Of a DNA stretch of 32,000 nt, positions 29,606 through 32,000 are shown piece by piece. The notes below the pieces were generated by a model. It saw only the letters and a list, made by a program, of their open reading frames with translations, searched no databases and was not told where the DNA came from. The stretch's first letter is position 1, and each line of letters opens with the position of its first letter. A program made the position numbers and the translations under genes. The stretch covers positions 5,550,001 through 5,582,000 of the forward strand of contig NC_008312.1 in NCBI RefSeq assembly GCF_000014265.1. The letters are read 5' to 3'. The DNA is from Trichodesmium erythraeum IMS101. GTDB taxonomy: Bacteria; Cyanobacteriota; Cyanobacteriia; Cyanobacteriales; Microcoleaceae.

Positions 29606-29660
29606 GGCCTATAGCTAGGTTGTTTCCCGGTGTCTAACAGCCGGGAAGGATGTCAAGGCC
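29606..29660 (-). terminator. GC-rich compound hairpin between the ISAs1 right end and the P-type ATPase 3' end (candidate terminator or structured RNA)
   Basis: The inner stem is ttcccgg (29624-29630) with ccgggaa (29641-29647). The outer stem is ggcct (29606-29610) with aggcc (29656-29660). It lies ~160-210 nt downstream of the ATPase stop. On the minus strand it is followed by ataatagttttt. It is one of the few GC-rich patches in the intergenic space. Confidence 0.35.
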
Positions 29661-29818
29661 GTTTTGAAGTTCTAGAAGTACAAAGTTTTACTAGTTTATG
29701 GAACAGAGATTAATATTAAACTGCAACTCACTATACTTAAAAGTATTGTCAACCGAGTCTTTAAAATCCCTGCATTACTATTGCTGAGGGTTCTTGCTAA
29801 TAGCTAAATCCTTACAAA

Positions 29819-32000
29819 TTAACTAAGATCGACACCTAAAAATTTATCTAGAAGTTTGGTTCGCCATACATAGCGTAGTAATAAACACCAAACTAAAGCT
29901 ACCCAAATAATCACAAGATAATCATGAGTACTTAGTAAAGATAGTTCAAAAAATTGACGTAGAGGGGGAACGGCTAAAATGACTATATAAACTCCTAGTA
30001 AAGCTAAGGCAACAAAAGTATACCGCCAGTCACCACTGTAAGTTTCTCCACCTACCCAAGCTTTTGTTGGAGGCTTCAAAAAAGGTACTAACAATAGACC
30101 ACATAAAATCATAATTGTAACTAGGGCACTACGAGGAACAGAAAGAAACTCATTAACTTGGTCAAGGTCGATAACTAACTCATTTCCTGAAAATGGTATT
30201 GCTAAATAGGTTAGATAAACTAGTAAGGCTACAAGAGTAAGACTAAAAGTAGCAGGTAAAGTAAAATGTAGTAAGGAGCGTATCATACTACGTCGAGGTA
30301 AGATTCCTGGTTTAGCCCATATTGGAATACAAAAAGTAGGAAATCCTACTGATATTAGAGTTACAACTGCACTATGTTTATTTAATAGTGGGAAAGTACC
30401 ACCGATAAATCCACCAATAAATCCTGTAGAAAAAATTAATATACTTACGCAGAATACCCTAATCATAAATAATTTCAATACATCTTGTATACTATTACGA
30501 ATACGTTGTCCTTCCAAAAAAGTATGGGGCAAAGAGGCGAAAGAATTATTCAACAGGACAATATCTGCCACGCTACGAGTCGCCTTACTACCTCCTTCCA
30601 TAGCGATCGCTAAATTAGCTTCTTTCAAAGATAGAACATCATTAACCCCATCTCCGATCATAGCTACATAATGACCTTGTTTCTTAAAACTATGGATCAG
30701 TTTAGCTTTTTGCTTAGGAGTGACAGAGCCAAAAATTGTCTTAGATTTTGCTGCTTGAATAAACTGATCTTCGTCTAGTTTAGCTAATTCAGAACCAGAA
30801 ATAACTTGGATATTAGAACTAAGTCCTGCTTGCAAGGCCAAAGTAGCTACAGTCTGAGGATTATCTCCAGAAATCACTTTGATTTTTATTCCTACTTTTG
30901 AAAAACCTTCTATAGTCTCACGAGCTTCCGGCCTAAGTTCATCTTGAAAGCTAATAATTCCCAAGGGAAAAAGTTCTGTAGGTAATTGTAGTTTTTCTAA
31001 ATCCTGGTCTAAGCTACTGATGTTGGGGTTATAGGCAAATAAAAGTACCCGGAATCCCTTTTGTGCTAATTTTTGAATTTGCTGAGTAAATTTCCTACTA
31101 AGAGGTGTAACTTCAGCTAATATTTCTGGAGCACCTAGAATGTATGTCCCAGATGGTGAATTTTGCTCTTCAGTGGCAAAGCTCATACCACTCCATTTAC
31201 GAGCTGAAGCAAAAGGAATTTCAAAGGTTAGAGAACGTTTAGGTCTTGGAAAGACCCTTTCTAGAGCTTCAATAGTTTTATTTTTAGAAGTGGTACTGGC
31301 TGCATATTCACCTAATATATTTTCCAACTTGATTTCATCAATTCCTATGGGATAAATTGCTTGTAAACTAATATGGTTAGTGGTTAACGTTCCAGTTTTG
31401 TCCAAACATAAAATATCTACATTACTTAATGATTCAACAGCATTAGCTTGCTGAATTAGGACTTCCTGTCCCACCATTTTGACTGCACCCAAAGCATAAG
31501 CAAGAGTGATGGCTAAATAAAGTCCACTTGGTACTAAGCCAGCAATTACAGCAGCATATTGAACAGTGTCAACAAATTTATAAAATCCAAAGTACCAGTT
31601 AATGGAAACTAGTATCCAGAGAAAGCATGATAAGAGTAAAAAGACTCTGATGACTAGGTTAATTTCCTGTTGGAGAGGGGTATAAATTTGGCGAAATGCT
31701 CTGGCACTAACTGTTAGTTGATAGGCAAAACTTTCGGTTCCTACTTTTTGGGCTTCATAATGAGCAGTGCCACTGACACAGAAACTACCAGAATAAACTG
31801 GCTGGCCTGCTTGTTTAGGAACTAGATCTGATTCTCCTGTTAGGAGTGATTCGTCTACTTCTATTTGCCCTTTTCCTACTACTTGTCCATCTACTACTAT
31901 TTGATCTCCAGAATGGACTACTAATATATCTCCTACGACGATCTCACTGGGATCTATGTTTTGTTGTTTAGTTTCTCTTATAACTGTAGCTAATGGTCTA
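29819..32000 (-). CDS. Cation-transporting P-type ATPase (HAD-IC superfamily), 5' end beyond the window
   Basis: The motifs are DKTGTLT (phosphorylation site), GDGVNDVLSLKEANLAIAM (hinge) and, upstream of the track ORF, VDESLLTGES. I translated 31493-32000 by hand and it stays open: ...RPLATVIRETKQQNIDPSEIVVGDILVVHSGDQIVVDGQVVGKGQIEVDESLLTGESDLVPKQAGQPVYSGSFCVSGTAHYEAQKVGTESFAYQLT.... The track start at 31492 is therefore an internal TTG. Ion specificity cannot be assigned from sequence alone. Confidence 0.9.
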   Translation of the reverse strand, partial: RPLATVIRETKQQNIDPSEIVVGDILVVHSGDQIVVDGQVVGKGQIEVDESLLTGESDLVPKQAGQPVYSGSFCVSGTAHYEAQKVGTESFAYQLTVSARAFRQIYTPLQQEINLVIRVFLLLSCFLWILVSINWYFGFYKFVDTVQYAAVIAGLVPSGLYLAITLAYALGAVKMVGQEVLIQQANAVESLSNVDILCLDKTGTLTTNHISLQAIYPIGIDEIKLENILGEYAASTTSKNKTIEALERVFPRPKRSLTFEIPFASARKWSGMSFATEEQNSPSGTYILGAPEILAEVTPLSRKFTQQIQKLAQKGFRVLLFAYNPNISSLDQDLEKLQLPTELFPLGIISFQDELRPEARETIEGFSKVGIKIKVISGDNPQTVATLALQAGLSSNIQVISGSELAKLDEDQFIQAAKSKTIFGSVTPKQKAKLIHSFKKQGHYVAMIGDGVNDVLSLKEANLAIAMEGGSKATRSVADIVLLNNSFASLPHTFLEGQRIRNSIQDVLKLFMIRVFCVSILIFSTGFIGGFIGGTFPLLNKHSAVVTLISVGFPTFCIPIWAKPGILPRRSMIRSLLHFTLPATFSLTLVALLVYLTYLAIPFSGNELVIDLDQVNEFLSVPRSALVTIMILCGLLLVPFLKPPTKAWVGGETYSGDWRYTFVALALLGVYIVILAVPPLRQFFELSLLSTHDYLVIIWVALVWCLLLRYVWRTKLLDKFLGVDLS

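Noticed and set aside
29540-29700. SRP (4.5S) RNA or another known housekeeping RNA in the GC-rich patch
   Set aside because: The left half (29548-29595) is explained as the ISAs1 C-terminal tail and right inverted repeat, because it parallels 27325-27355. The remainder lacks the conserved SRP domain IV sequence (GGUCCGGAAGGAAGCAGCC-type). I keep it only as a hairpin or terminator candidate.
1-32000. A recognisable defence, toxin-secretion, prophage or biosynthetic gene cluster
   Set aside because: None of the intact ORFs carries nuclease/helicase/methylase, reverse-transcriptase, integrase, capsid or PKS/NRPS-type motifs. The accessory content is IS debris and tandem repeats only.

Overview
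AT-rich cyanobacterial chromosomal window. Evidence for the assignment is 8 copies of the HIP1 octamer GCGATCGC, a chlI gene and STRR-like heptamer repeats. The composition, IS load and very low coding density are reminiscent of Trichodesmium-like genomes, but that is inference only.

What I can support:
- 13 intact-looking protein genes: a family-2 glycosyltransferase, a 564-aa unknown, a Crp-family regulator, a stand-alone DALR-domain protein, a DCC-family thiol-disulfide oxidoreductase, a TPM-domain protein, ruvC, chlI, dapB, a polytopic membrane protein, a 223-aa unknown, a Ca2+/H+ exchanger, and a P-type ATPase that runs off the right edge.
- One tRNA-Arg(UCU).
- Eight decayed IS or transposase remnants from four families: IS701-like, IS630, IS200/IS605 TnpB-like and ISAs1.
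- A GUN4-domain pseudogene.
- Three unrelated long-period tandem repeat arrays: 2 x 161 bp, 3.4 x 215 bp and 6 x ~160 bp.

By my tally intact CDS cover only ~41% of the window, IS debris ~22%, and roughly a third is AT-rich sequence with no assignable function.

I see no recognisable defence island, CRISPR array, prophage or secondary-metabolite cluster.

The items I consider most worth follow-up:
1. The 215-bp array, in which each unit carries a 30-codon hydrophobic single-TM ORF. This architecture resembles a type I toxin / LDR locus, or an ncRNA array.
2. The six-fold amplification of an internal 53-codon segment inside a dead ISAs1 element.
3. The substitution-dominated, poorly deleted decay of pseudogenes, which may explain the low coding density.
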